Of a stretch of 64,000 nt of DNA, positions 9,688 to 20,019 are shown piece after piece (the stretch's first letter is position 1; each line of letters begins with the position of its first letter). Position numbers and translations under genes: made by a program. A model generated the notes under the pieces. The model saw nothing but the letters and a program-made list of their open reading frames with translations. It was not told the origin of the DNA and searched no databases. Origin of the DNA: an uncultured delta proteobacterium (GTDB taxonomy: Bacteria > Myxococcota_A > Polyangia > Polyangiales > B10-G4); contig CAVSGI010000017.1 of assembly GCA_963727445.1 (NCBI GenBank), forward strand, positions 64,001 through 128,000, given 5' to 3'.

Positions 9688-11922
9688 ATGCAGAATCGAA
9701 CTCTACTGATCGCGGCGGTGGTCGTGCTCTTCGCCGGCTGTGGCGGCGATGAAACGATGGGCGACCTCGAGGCGCCCGCCGTCGATCCCGTCGACTCCCC
9801 CACGGCGGACAACCCGCTCACGCTCACCGGAACGGGCCTCGCCGGCCTGACGCTCCAGGTGCGCGGCGGAAGCGAAGCCGTGGTCGAGGCGATGGTCGGT
9901 GCCGACGGCGCCTTCTCGATCGACGTCCCCCTCGTCGACGACTCCGAGAACGTGCTCACCGTCTCGCAGACCGATGGCACCGCCGAGAGCCCGTCGGTGA
10001 ACGTCACCGTCGTACACGACGCGACGCCCCCCGACACGCCGGTCCTCGACCCGGTGGCCACGCCGACGCGGCGGCCGCAACAGAGCATTCGGGGCAGCGC
10101 CGAGCCGGATGCCATGATCGTGATCAGTGGCGGAGCCGAGGACGCCACCGGGATGGCCGGCAGCGACGGCCGCTTCGACATCGAGGTCACCCTGGCGACC
10201 GCCGTCGCCGACATCACCGAGAACGATCTCGAGGTGGTCGCCATCGATGCCGCTGGAAACGCGAGCGATCCGGCGACCACCACCATCGTCCACAACCCGA
10301 CGCTCCCCCTCGACCCGCCCCTGCTCGACGCGCTGCCCGGCGCCACCAGCGATGCCAGCGTCTCGGTGAGCGGCACCGCCGATCCTTCGGTCGCGATCAC
10401 CATCACTGGCGGCGACGCACCGGCGATGGGTACCGCCGGCGCCGACGGAAGCTTCGCGATCGACGTGACCCTGCGGCCGAACGCCGAGAACGTGCTGAGC
10501 GTCTTCGCGGTCGTCCCGGCGACGGGCCTCTCGAGCCCGCCTGCCTCGGCGGTGGTGATCCACGACGACATCGCCCCGGACCCGCCCAACCTCGACCCGC
10601 AGGCCTCCCCGACCGGCGCGGACATGGTGCGCATCACGGGACTGACCGAGCCCCGCGCCGCCGTCACCATCGCTGGAGGCGCCGCCGAGGCGAGCGGCGA
10701 CGCCGACGAAGACGGGGCTTTCGCCATCGACGTGATGCTCAGCTCGGACGCCGACAACGAGCTGTCCGTGGTGGCCACCGACGCGGCGGGCAACGCCAGC
10801 ATGTCGTCGGGCCTGACCATCACCCAGGACAGCTCTCTGCCCGTCCCCGTGACCATCGATCCGGTGAGCTCGCCCACCGCCACGAACCCCGTGACCATCA
10901 GCGGCTCCACCGAGGCGAGCGCCGCGATCACGATCACCGGAGGCGCTGCGGACGCGACCGGCACGGCCGCATCCGATGGAACCTTCTCCATCTCGGTGAC
11001 GCTGAACGCGAACGCGCGCAACGAGCTTCACGTCACCCGCGACGGAAGCGGCGTCGATACCGTGGTGGTGATCGTGCACGACGACATGGCCCCCGCGGCG
11101 CCGGAGCTCGACCCCATCGCGTCTCCCACCAACCGCAGCACCTTCGACGTCACCGGAACGAGCGAGCCGGGCGCGCGAGTCTCGATTTCGGGTGGGACTT
11201 CTTCGGCGGCGGGGACCGCGGACGGCACCGGCCGCTTCTCCATCCCGGTGACCATCCCCGAGGACACCACCACCATGCTCAGCGTGATCGCCACCGATGG
11301 TGCGGGCAACTCATCGTCGCCAGCCACCGCGAGCGTCGAGCATTCGTCCAGCGTCCCCGACGCCCCTGTCGTCGACGATGCGGCGCCGCCGCCCACGAGC
11401 GACGCGACCCATACCGTCACCGGTCACATCACCACCCCGGCGATGGGCGTGACGATCGTGGTTCGTGGCGGCGCGATGGACGCCACCGGGCCGACCGATC
11501 CGTCGACCGGCGCCTTCGCGGTGGACGTCACGCTCATGGCGAACACCACCAACAACCTCTCGGTCGTCAGCGTGGATGGCGCGATCGAGAGTCCCCCCGC
11601 CAGCGTCACCATCGAGCACGACGACATGGCGCCGGACGCTCCGGACGGCTCTCGGATCTCCCTCGGCAGCCCGACGCTGGCGACGTGCCTTGCACGGGCC
11701 GAGACAATCAACGCGACCGGTGGGGCGATGAGCGCGGAGGCCTTCGCCCGGGTCCGGGTTCGGAACATCACCGCCGGCTCCATCAACGCCGCGACCACCG
11801 CGGGCGGCGACGGGTCCTTCTCCACTTCCATCCGCGCCTGCGACGGTGATGTGCTCCGGTTCACCGCCACGGACGCTGCGGGGAACGAGAGCGCCCCGAC
11901 CGAGCTCACCGTCTCGATGTGA
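9688..11922 (+). CDS. Lipoprotein with about 8 bacterial Ig-like repeats
   Basis: LFAGC lipobox; ~90-aa repeats (LDP..SPT...ITG..E...GG...A..DG.F.I.V.L...DAAGN). Confidence 0.9.
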   Translation: MQNRTLLIAAVVVLFAGCGGDETMGDLEAPAVDPVDSPTADNPLTLTGTGLAGLTLQVRGGSEAVVEAMVGADGAFSIDVPLVDDSENVLTVSQTDGTAESPSVNVTVVHDATPPDTPVLDPVATPTRRPQQSIRGSAEPDAMIVISGGAEDATGMAGSDGRFDIEVTLATAVADITENDLEVVAIDAAGNASDPATTTIVHNPTLPLDPPLLDALPGATSDASVSVSGTADPSVAITITGGDAPAMGTAGADGSFAIDVTLRPNAENVLSVFAVVPATGLSSPPASAVVIHDDIAPDPPNLDPQASPTGADMVRITGLTEPRAAVTIAGGAAEASGDADEDGAFAIDVMLSSDADNELSVVATDAAGNASMSSGLTITQDSSLPVPVTIDPVSSPTATNPVTISGSTEASAAITITGGAADATGTAASDGTFSISVTLNANARNELHVTRDGSGVDTVVVIVHDDMAPAAPELDPIASPTNRSTFDVTGTSEPGARVSISGGTSSAAGTADGTGRFSIPVTIPEDTTTMLSVIATDGAGNSSSPATASVEHSSSVPDAPVVDDAAPPPTSDATHTVTGHITTPAMGVTIVVRGGAMDATGPTDPSTGAFAVDVTLMANTTNNLSVVSVDGAIESPPASVTIEHDDMAPDAPDGSRISLGSPTLATCLARAETINATGGAMSAEAFARVRVRNITAGSINAATTAGGDGSFSTSIRACDGDVLRFTATDAAGNESAPTELTVSM

Positions 11923-12055
11923 CCACGCCCCGGTCGCAGCTGCTAAGCTGCGGTCGGTCCGGCCGGTACCCTGGTGCAGTCCCCGTGGCTTCGCCAGGCC
12001 CGGCCGGACGATGGCGAGAGGTGCCACCACGGCCTCGCGGCCCCATGAAACTGCC

Positions 12056-12961
12056 ATGCTTGCTTTCCATCATCTGCTGAGTTGGCGTTCGCCAGTGCTT
12101 GTCATCCTCGCGCTTCTCCTCTGGCCAGGCGCCGTGCGCGCGCAGAGTGTGGCGGTAGCCACCCCAGCCGCGAGCGAAGGCGTCCCAGGCGGCCTCGCCG
12201 GCGCGGTGTCGGAGATCGCCCGACAGGTCGTCGCGGACGCCGAAGGCCTGTCGCTCGTGGGCGCGGCCGACCTGAGCATCACCGACCTGCAGCTCGCGCG
12301 CGGGTGCATCGGTGAAACGCCGGAGTGCCTGCGGCCCATCGCGGCGGACCTCTCGGCGGACGTGCTGCTCATCCCGCGCATCGACTCGGCGAGCGGCTAC
12401 GTGCTCACCCTGCTCACCTACCGTGCGACCGAGGACGCCATCACGCGCGTGGTTCGGCGCGGGGAGGAAGAGACGCTGATGGACGGCCTGCCGGCCCAGG
12501 TCCGCGAGGCTCTGGGCCTGCCCCCGCTCGAGGAGAGCGTGCCCGACGAGCCCGAGGAGGAAGTCGTCGTGCAGGACGAAGTCACGCCCCAGCCGAGGGA
12601 GGGCGCAGGCCTTGGGATCGGACCTTGGATCCTCAGCGGCGCGGGCCTCGTCGCGCTCGGTGTCGGCGTCGGCCTCGGCGCTGCGGCGACGAGCGCGCAG
12701 TCCGAGTACGAAGAGACCGTGGTCGTCACCACGAGTGACGCCGACCGCGCGCGGGACGCCTATGATCGCGCCAGCGGCATGTCCCTCGGCGCCAACATCC
12801 TCTTCGCTGCGGGCGGAGCGCTGGTGGTGGGCGGCGTGATCTGGCTGGTGGCCGCGATGCTCGGCGGAGACGACGAGGCCGCGGAAGAGGAGGATGAGCT
12901 GACCGTGACACCCACCGCTTCGACGAGCTCCTTCGGCGTCGCACTCCAGGGGAGGTTGTGA
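12056..12961 (+). CDS. Exported protein, paralog of 6692..7585
   Basis: Signal peptide VRAQ; DLQLARGCIGETPECL; ANILFAAGG; VALQGRL. Confidence 0.8.
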   Translation: MLAFHHLLSWRSPVLVILALLLWPGAVRAQSVAVATPAASEGVPGGLAGAVSEIARQVVADAEGLSLVGAADLSITDLQLARGCIGETPECLRPIAADLSADVLLIPRIDSASGYVLTLLTYRATEDAITRVVRRGEEETLMDGLPAQVREALGLPPLEESVPDEPEEEVVVQDEVTPQPREGAGLGIGPWILSGAGLVALGVGVGLGAAATSAQSEYEETVVVTTSDADRARDAYDRASGMSLGANILFAAGGALVVGGVIWLVAAMLGGDDEAAEEEDELTVTPTASTSSFGVALQGRL

Positions 12962-13395
12962 TGCGGGCCGTGCTCATCGCACTCGTCCTGTCGACCGCGC
13001 TCGTCGCCGGCTGTTCCCCGGACGAGACCGCGAACCCCAGCTACTGCGAGGGCGACGGTGACTGTGCAGCTGGACAGCGTTGCTATCGGCATCTTTGCGT
13101 GACGAGCGATAGCGGCGCGGCGGACAGCGCGATGGCGGACAGCGCGATGGCGGACAGCGCACCGGCAGATAGCGCGCCCGCAGACAGCGCGCCCGCAGAC
13201 AGCGCGCCGCTCGATACGGGCACCGGCTGCCCCACCGAGCTCTGCGATGGGATCTGCTGCAACTCCTTCGAGACGTGCTGCAACGACCCCTCCGCGGGGC
13301 CCACCTGCGTGGACGTGCAAACCGACAGCGATCACTGCGGCATGTGCAACCACAGCTGCGCGGCGACTCGCTGCATGAGCGGGACCTGCCTTTGA
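12958..13395 (+). CDS. Small Cys-rich lipoprotein with ADSA(M/P) repeats
   Basis: VAGC lipobox; CYRHLC; CVDVQTDSDHCGMC. Confidence 0.85.
   Translation: MMRAVLIALVLSTALVAGCSPDETANPSYCEGDGDCAAGQRCYRHLCVTSDSGAADSAMADSAMADSAPADSAPADSAPADSAPLDTGTGCPTELCDGICCNSFETCCNDPSAGPTCVDVQTDSDHCGMCNHSCAATRCMSGTCL
13120..13209 (+). repeat. 15-bp coding tandem repeat x6
   Basis: gc(g/a)ga(c/t)agcgc-N4 units encoding ADSAM/ADSAP. Confidence 0.9.
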
Positions 13396-15031
13396 GCGAC
13401 GAGAGCGACGACGATCTCATCGGCGCGACCGTCGGCAGGGCGCTATCGCATCGAAGCCGAGCTCGGCCGGGGTGGCATGGGCGTCGTGTACCGCGCCGAG
13501 CACGCGGAGCTCGGACAGAAGGTCGCTCTCAAGGTGCTGACCAGCGACGTCCTCGGCACCAAGACCGCGGTGGATTGCTTCCTTCGCGAAGCGCGCACCA
13601 CCGCCTCTCTCGGGCATCCGAACATCGTCCGCGTCCAGGATCTCGGCACCCTCGATGATGGGCGGCCCTTTCTGGTCATGGAGCTGCTGAGCGGCGAAGG
13701 CCTCGACGACTTCCTCGCACGCGAGCGCAAGGTCGCGCCCGAACGCGCCGTGCCCATCTTGAAGCAGGCGGCCGCGGCGCTCGACGCCATCCACTCGCTC
13801 GGGATGGTCCACCGGGACGTGAAGCCCGAGAACCTCTTCCTGGCGCGGCACATGGATGGCAGCGAGACGGTGAAGCTCGTCGACTTCGGTCTCGTCGGCA
13901 TGAGCCGGCCAGACTTCGACGAGAAGCGCCTCACCCAGACGGGCCTGATCTACGGCACGCCGCCTTACATGGCGCCCGAGACGATGGCGGAAAAGACGCC
14001 GAGCCCCAAATGGGATGTCTACGCGCTGGCGGTCGTGCTCTACGAGCTCTTGACCGGGCGGATCCCGCTCGAGGGTGGGACGCCGCTCGAGTACCTGACG
14101 AGGCGCGCGATGGAGGACCCCCCTCGCCTCGACGAAACGGGCAGCGGCCTGTTCTCGGAGGAGGTCGAGAAGGTCGTGCGCCGTGGCCTGAACCGCTTTG
14201 CGGATGCGCGCTACGACACCGCGGGGGAGCTCGCGGCGGCCTTTGGCGCTGCCGTGGATGGCGAGGCGCCACAAGCCCAGGGCGGGGGAACCTTGCCGAT
14301 CCCCCTGGACCGGCGGCACGACACCGAGACCGCCGCGCGCGATGGAGATCCGCGGCCCTCGGTAGCCACTCCGATCCCGCTCCACGTCGGCGCCGATCCA
14401 CCGCAGGGGGACGACGGGGTCGATCTGCCGCTGAACAGCCGACGCGTGGGGCTGGCGGCGGGCGCCTTCGTCGTGCTGCTGGGCGGCAGGGATGGCCGCC
14501 TGGCTGGTATCGTCTCCGGACGACCCTGCGTCGGGGATCGCCGACGCCTCCGCCGAAGGAGATGCGCCCGCTGCAGCCATCGAAGACGCGGGCCCCGACG
14601 CAGAAAGGGCGGTGGGGTCTGGGACGCGCATCGACAGCGACGGCGGGGTCGCGGCCGTCGATGCCGCGGTCGAGGTCGACGCCGCTTCGCCGACAGTCGA
14701 GGCGGAAGGACGCCTGAATTCACGGCGTTCCCGTTCCTCCATCCACGAGACGCCCGAAGCGGATCCGCCCGAGGTCGACGTCGCCGACCTCGAAAGGCAG
14801 GCCAACCGCGCATTGACGACCGGAAACGTGGCGAGCGCACGCGCTCTCTTTCAGCAGCTGACACGAGCCGCCCCCCGCAGGGCAGCCTGCTGGCGCGGCC
14901 TCGGGGTGAGCGCCGAGCGACTGGGTCGGCGGGACGAAGCCCTGAGCGCGTATCGCCGCTACCTGACGCTCGCGCCAGGAGCGCCGGATGCTTCCGTGGT
15001 GCGACGGAAGGTCGAAGCGCTGGAGCGCTGA
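13392..15031 (+). CDS. Membrane Ser/Thr kinase with C-terminal TPR (two apparent +1 frameshifts, ~13435 and ~14482)
   Basis: TTG start; DDLIGATV|GRYRIEAELGRGGMG, HRDVKPEN, DFG, GTPPYMAPE; TM and TPR continue in ORF 14492..15031; colinear with kinase 3109. Confidence 0.88.
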
Positions 15032-15145
15032 CCACCGGGCTCCGAGTCGACGCTTCGGACCATCCGGCGGAGCATCTCGACGGGCAAACCACCCGGCCGC
15101 AGACTCGATGAAGCCATCCGCTCGCTGTTCGGCTACAGTGGAGGG

Positions 15146-17149
15146 GTGTCGAACGCTCGGCGCGTCGCGTTTCTCTGCGCTCTGTTGTCCCTGACTCCGA
15201 TCGCCTCGCTCGGCTCAGCGGACTTCGAGGAGGTTGGCGCCGCCGCCGGCGTGGCCAACGACGCCGCGGCGCATGGGGGCCTCTTGTTCTGTGACCTCGA
15301 CGGGGATGGAGACCTGGACGCGCTGGTCAACACCTCGACGGTCACCCTCTACCTCCAGAACGACGGGGGAGACCCACCCGCCTTCACGGACGTGACCGAC
15401 ATGATGGCGCTGGGCCTCTCCCAACCCAGCCCGGGAGGCGACGCACGGAGCATCATCGCGGCCGACGTGACCAACGACGGTGTGGTCGACGTGCTGCGAT
15501 TCGGATTGGGCACCCTCGAGGTCTTCGAGGGCCGGGGAGACGGCTCCTTCGGCGACTCCGATCAGGCAGCCAACTTCTTCCTGGACGACACCACGCCGCA
15601 GACCTGGACGACGAACATGGAGGGCGGCGGAGTCCTCGACCTCGACGGCGACGGCTACCTCGACGTCGTAATCGAGAACGACTCCGGAATGCGCTTTCTC
15701 GAGAACCTCGCGATCGGCCGCATCGGCTTCGACTACGCGACGCCACAGCCCGCCGGGGTCAACGCCACCAACACCATGGGGATCGACCCCGACGCGGGAC
15801 GGACCGCCAACGGCGACTACATGACCGTCACCGACTTCGACGTCGACGGGCTGGTGGACTTCGCCGCGCGCATCAACCTCGGCCCCGACATCTACCGCCA
15901 GTCGAGCGTGGGCGCCTTCACCGCCCTCGACCCGGACATCGTCGCCGACAACGGCAACAAGGGCTCGATCCTCTTCTGCGATTTGGATTCGGACGGCGAC
16001 TTCGACTACCTCTTCACCGACGGTCTCTCCTCCGAGGCGGACGTGAACCACGTCTTCACCTTCGACGCGTCTGCCGGCGCCTTCGTGCGGAACGACATCG
16101 AGATTCCGTCGGGCGCCAACGGGCTCGACTGTGGTGATGTCGACAACGACGGAGACCCGGACATCTTGTGGAGTGGACCGGGCACCAAGCGCGTGCTCTT
16201 GAACCAATGGATCGAGAACGACGGCTCGGCAATCGACTTCGTGTCGATGGACCTCGGTGACGTGACCACTGGAACCGGCCAGGGCGCGGTGTTCGGGGAC
16301 TACGACCGCGACGGAGACCTCGACGCGATGGTGATTCAGGACGCCGACCCCAACCTGCTGCTCCGAAACGACACCAACGACGACAACTACGTCGTGGTGC
16401 GCGTGCGCGCCGACGTGGGATCGTGCGCCGACGGCGGGCCCGTCCTCCGCGAAGACGTGGGGGCCTTTGCCACCCTGACCTCCGCGATGGGGACCTTCCT
16501 CGGGGTGCGCGAGGTCAACGGCGGCCAGGGGCACGGTTCGCAGGGCACGGGCTGGCTGCACTGGGGCCTGCCCGAAGGCCCCACCACTGCGCACGACCTC
16601 ACCGTCACCTTCCAGAACGGAGACCATCCGCCCGCGACTCTGCGGGTGGTTCCTTCCGAGCTCGCCGCGTCGAACGCCGACGGCTACCAGCTCCTCGAGG
16701 TGGTCTCGACCGATCCCGACGGCGACTCCATCTCCACCGTGGACGAGATGAACGACGCCGCGGGCACGGACGACCTCGACGGAGACGGCTATCCCAACTG
16801 GTACGATCCCGACGCCGACGGCGATGGGCTGCCGGACGCGGCGGAGGCGGGGGACGCCGACCCGTGCACCCCCGCGGTCGACAGCGACGGCAACGGCGTG
16901 CCCGACTACCTCGAGGTGGGCCCCAACCCAGGGGACGCATCCGTCCCGGACGGGTCGGTGGACGCCGCGGTCGACGGCGGCGGCGCGGATGCCGGCGGCG
17001 GTGACGCGGGCGCCGGCGTGCGGCTTCACGGAAGCGGCTGCGTGCAGTGCGAGGTCTCGGGGCGCGGCGACGGCCTACCGGCGCTGGGCTTCGCGGGCGG
17101 GGCGGTGCTCTTGCTCTCGTGGCGTCGTCGTCGTCGTCGCCGCGGCTGA
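15146..17149 (+). CDS. FG-GAP/CRTAC1 (ASPIC-UnbV-like) exported protein with MYXO-CTERM-like tail
   Basis: DxDGDGDxD repeats, GGQGHGSQ..LHWGL, DxDGDGxPD Ca-type repeats, GSGC..C + TM + poly-Arg. Confidence 0.85.
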   Translation: MSNARRVAFLCALLSLTPIASLGSADFEEVGAAAGVANDAAAHGGLLFCDLDGDGDLDALVNTSTVTLYLQNDGGDPPAFTDVTDMMALGLSQPSPGGDARSIIAADVTNDGVVDVLRFGLGTLEVFEGRGDGSFGDSDQAANFFLDDTTPQTWTTNMEGGGVLDLDGDGYLDVVIENDSGMRFLENLAIGRIGFDYATPQPAGVNATNTMGIDPDAGRTANGDYMTVTDFDVDGLVDFAARINLGPDIYRQSSVGAFTALDPDIVADNGNKGSILFCDLDSDGDFDYLFTDGLSSEADVNHVFTFDASAGAFVRNDIEIPSGANGLDCGDVDNDGDPDILWSGPGTKRVLLNQWIENDGSAIDFVSMDLGDVTTGTGQGAVFGDYDRDGDLDAMVIQDADPNLLLRNDTNDDNYVVVRVRADVGSCADGGPVLREDVGAFATLTSAMGTFLGVREVNGGQGHGSQGTGWLHWGLPEGPTTAHDLTVTFQNGDHPPATLRVVPSELAASNADGYQLLEVVSTDPDGDSISTVDEMNDAAGTDDLDGDGYPNWYDPDADGDGLPDAAEAGDADPCTPAVDSDGNGVPDYLEVGPNPGDASVPDGSVDAAVDGGGADAGGGDAGAGVRLHGSGCVQCEVSGRGDGLPALGFAGGAVLLLSWRRRRRRRG

Positions 17150-17857
17150 GCCGCGCTCGCGCTCATCGATCAACGCCTCCACCCGCCCGAAGCCGGCGAG
17201 GCGTTCGTTGTCGCGGAAGTGACGGTAGCGGTTGCGGCGGACGACCCCGCGCGCGTTTCCTTCGATGGTGTAGAGGGTGTCGCCCTCCACGTGGTCGACG
17301 ATGGCGCTGTGTCCCCAGCGATTGGTGGTGACGCGGAGGTAGTCGCCCGGCTGGGGCTCGTAGGTGGCGAAATCGGGGGTGTCGCGGCTGACCCAGGCGC
17401 CATGCGCTTCGTACCAGCGCTGGATGGCGGCGTTGGTGGGGACGAGCCAGCCGCCCTGATAGCCGCCGGTGAAGGGGATGCCAGCGACTCGGTAGACCCA
17501 GGAGACGAAATCGCTGCACCAGGGCGCTTCGTCCTCGACGAAGACGGCGAGGGGGCCGGGGTTGGCCGGGCGGTCGCTCCCCACGTCCCCGAGACCGTGG
17601 CCGTCTTCGTGGACGGCGACCGTCACCACCCGGAAGCCCACCTGGGGCAGCCACCGCATGTCGTCCTCGGGGCGGGCGCGCTGGCAGCGCTGGCCGATGG
17701 CGTCGAATCCCTCGTCGCAGAGACAGAAAGCGGTGGCGCCCTCGGAAAAACACGTGCCGTGACCGCTGCAGGTGACGTTGGCGCAGGTGTCCTGGGCCGC
17801 TGCTGGGAGGCTCAGCCCCGAAACGAGCGCAATTATCCCGGCGATCGCGAGCCGCAT
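17075..17857 (-). CDS. Secreted CHAP-domain protein with N-terminal EGF-like domain
   Basis: CANVTCSGHGTC..CLCDEGF; PWCSDFVSWVY, GHSAIV, TIEGN. Confidence 0.82.
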   Translation of the reverse strand: MRLAIAGIIALVSGLSLPAAAQDTCANVTCSGHGTCFSEGATAFCLCDEGFDAIGQRCQRARPEDDMRWLPQVGFRVVTVAVHEDGHGLGDVGSDRPANPGPLAVFVEDEAPWCSDFVSWVYRVAGIPFTGGYQGGWLVPTNAAIQRWYEAHGAWVSRDTPDFATYEPQPGDYLRVTTNRWGHSAIVDHVEGDTLYTIEGNARGVVRRNRYRHFRDNERLAGFGRVEALIDERERGSAAATTTTTPREQEHRPAREAQRR

Positions 17858-17946
17858 GGAGGAATGGACGGCCGAGCGCCGCCGGCGATCTATCGATCCC
17901 CGCCCGAAAATTTCGTGATCGAGGCCCGAGCGGCGACGCTGGATCC

Positions 17947-18234
17947 ATGCACGATGGATGCGACGTCTGCGAGAGCTACCGGCCCGAAGCGAACCTGCGC
18001 GAGCGCCCGCTCGTCTCGGTGACTTTCAGCCAGCGGGTGGTGGTGCTCTGCGAGATGCACTGGCTCATCGCCGAGCGCGCCGGAGTCACCACCTTCGAGG
18101 CGCTGCGCGAGCACTACGGCGAGTCCGGAGAGGGCCGCCGCTCGTACGTCCCCCGCCGCTGTCGCGAGCGCCGCAGCAAAGAGCGCTCGACGGAGCGCCG
18201 CCAGGCCGGGCGACGCGCGACCGACGCCCAGTAG
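17947..18234 (+). CDS. Small hypothetical protein with CxxC...CxxH
   Basis: CDVC, LCEMH; Arg-rich tail. Confidence 0.55.
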   Translation: MHDGCDVCESYRPEANLRERPLVSVTFSQRVVVLCEMHWLIAERAGVTTFEALREHYGESGEGRRSYVPRRCRERRSKERSTERRQAGRRATDAQ

Positions 18235-18245
18235 GGCGCCCTCGG

Positions 18246-19082
18246 TCAGCGGGGCTTTTCGAAGAGGAGAACGAAGCGGTCGCTCGTCCCGCGGCGCTCG
18301 CCGGCCTGACCTGGCGAGGCGCTCCAGTCATGGGCGTCTTCGGGGTTGTCGAGGAAGTGTCCCTCCGCTTCGAGCACGAAGCCCGCGGCCGTCACTTCGC
18401 GCACCACCGTGTCCTTGTCGATGCGATGCAGGGTCTGCACGTCGTCGACGCCGTGACCCTCGGCCGCCGCGTGATCGACGATCCCGTACACGCCGCCCGG
18501 CCGAAGGGCGTCGAAGATGTTCCTGTTCATCGCGGCGCGATCGGTCTCCATCCAGACCGTGTCGTGGTAGGCGAGGATGAAGACCACGGCGTCGAGATCG
18601 TGCACGTCGTCGGGCAGGGGCGCGTCCAGCTCGCGATCGAGGCGCGTGACGTTCGACATCACGTCCTTTTCGAGGCGCTCGCTCCACGGTCCCTCTGCGA
18701 AGCGCTCGAGAACGAAGCGATTGTTCTGCGCATAGACGTGCCCCGCAGGGCCCACGATGCGCGCGAGGAGCTCCGCGGTGTAGCCCGTCCCGGCGAAGAG
18801 CTCCGCGACCCGCATCCCCGGTTCGATCCCGAAGAAGGCGAAGGTCTCTTCCGGGTGTCTCCCCGCGTCGAGCGCGCGGTCCGCCTCGGAGCGGTCCGCC
18901 GCGGCGACCGCCTCGTGGATGCGGACCCGATCGCCGTCGCCAGTGGGCGCCGGCGACTCGGGAACGACGGCCTGCTCCCCCTGGTTGCCAGCCGACGCCG
19001 ATGTGGGCTCGGGCGTGGCCGAAGAGGACCCGCCGCAGGCGAAGAGGAGAGAGACCAGCACGGAGAGGAGGAGAGCTCGCAT
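18246..19082 (-). CDS. SAM-dependent methyltransferase-like lipoprotein
   Basis: LFAC lipobox; RHPEETFAFFGIEPGMRVAELFAGTGY, LRPGGVYGIVDH, DRFVLLFEKP. Confidence 0.88.
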   Translation of the reverse strand: MRALLLSVLVSLLFACGGSSSATPEPTSASAGNQGEQAVVPESPAPTGDGDRVRIHEAVAAADRSEADRALDAGRHPEETFAFFGIEPGMRVAELFAGTGYTAELLARIVGPAGHVYAQNNRFVLERFAEGPWSERLEKDVMSNVTRLDRELDAPLPDDVHDLDAVVFILAYHDTVWMETDRAAMNRNIFDALRPGGVYGIVDHAAAEGHGVDDVQTLHRIDKDTVVREVTAAGFVLEAEGHFLDNPEDAHDWSASPGQAGERRGTSDRFVLLFEKPR

Positions 19083-19120
19083 CGCCCCTCCATGCTCCCC
19101 TGTCGCGCTGGGCGCAACCT

Positions 19121-19859
19121 TCAACCCGATCCGTCGCCGAAGCAGACGTCGAGGAAGCGCCCGAGGAGCGCCTGCGACTCGTCCCGGCCGAGCTCGAAGC
19201 GCTCGGCATGCTCCTCGTAGCCCTTGCGCCCGTACTGCGCGGCCTGGGTCGACAGGCCTCTGTAGCGCGCTCGCGCTTCTTCGGCGGTCACGTCGGGATG
19301 AAACTGTGCGGTGTAGAAGCGGCGGTCCTTCACCTTGAAAGCCTGGGTCTCGACGAGGTCGGTGCGCGCCAGGAGCGTCACCGTGTCGGGGACGCGGGTC
19401 ACGTGATCGGTGTGGCCGGTGTGCGCGAAGAAGCGGGGACCGAGCGCTCCATAGAGGGGATCGGCACGCCCCTCTTCGGTGAGCTCCACCGCGACGGTGC
19501 CGCGCTCGGCGCGGGCTTCGTCGGTGACGACCTCCACGCCGAGATGGTGACCGAGGAGCTGATGGCCGAAGCAGAATCCCGTAGCCGGGGATGTCCTCTT
19601 CGAGGGCGCGCTCGAGGAGATCGCGGAGCGGATAGACGAAGCGCGTGCTGCGCGGGTCGTGGACGCTGTACGCGCCCGAGCCGCCGATGACAAGCGCGTC
19701 CTGGCCGTCGAGCCACTCGGGCTCGGCGATGTGGGTCTTGGCGTTGCGCGCGGTGATCTGCACGGAGCGGTCACCGAATCGACGCTCCACGCACGCGAGC
19801 TCGTGCTCGGCCATGGGGTTGTCCCAGTCGCGGATCTGAACGAGCAGGACGCGGATCAT
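19121..19859 (-). CDS. Class I glutamine amidotransferase (apparent +1 frameshift ~19577)
   Basis: VIGGSG, PGYGI|CFGHQ, HTDHV, QFHPD. Confidence 0.85.
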
Positions 19860-20019
19860 GTGGGAAGCAGCCTAAATGAACGACCACGATTGTGGAACGT
19901 TCCTCGCTCGTCTGCGACGCCCCTCGCCGCGTCGGGTCTCCTCGAATGGCCAATCGGCTGCTGTCGTCTGTCTCGCGGCAGGCGCGGAAGATCCGAGCGC
20001 CAGCCGCCGTAGGACGGGC

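Noticed and set aside
18246..19859. Amidotransferase-methyltransferase fusion (537 aa)
   Set aside because: Created by a frameshift; the second gene has its own RBS and lipobox
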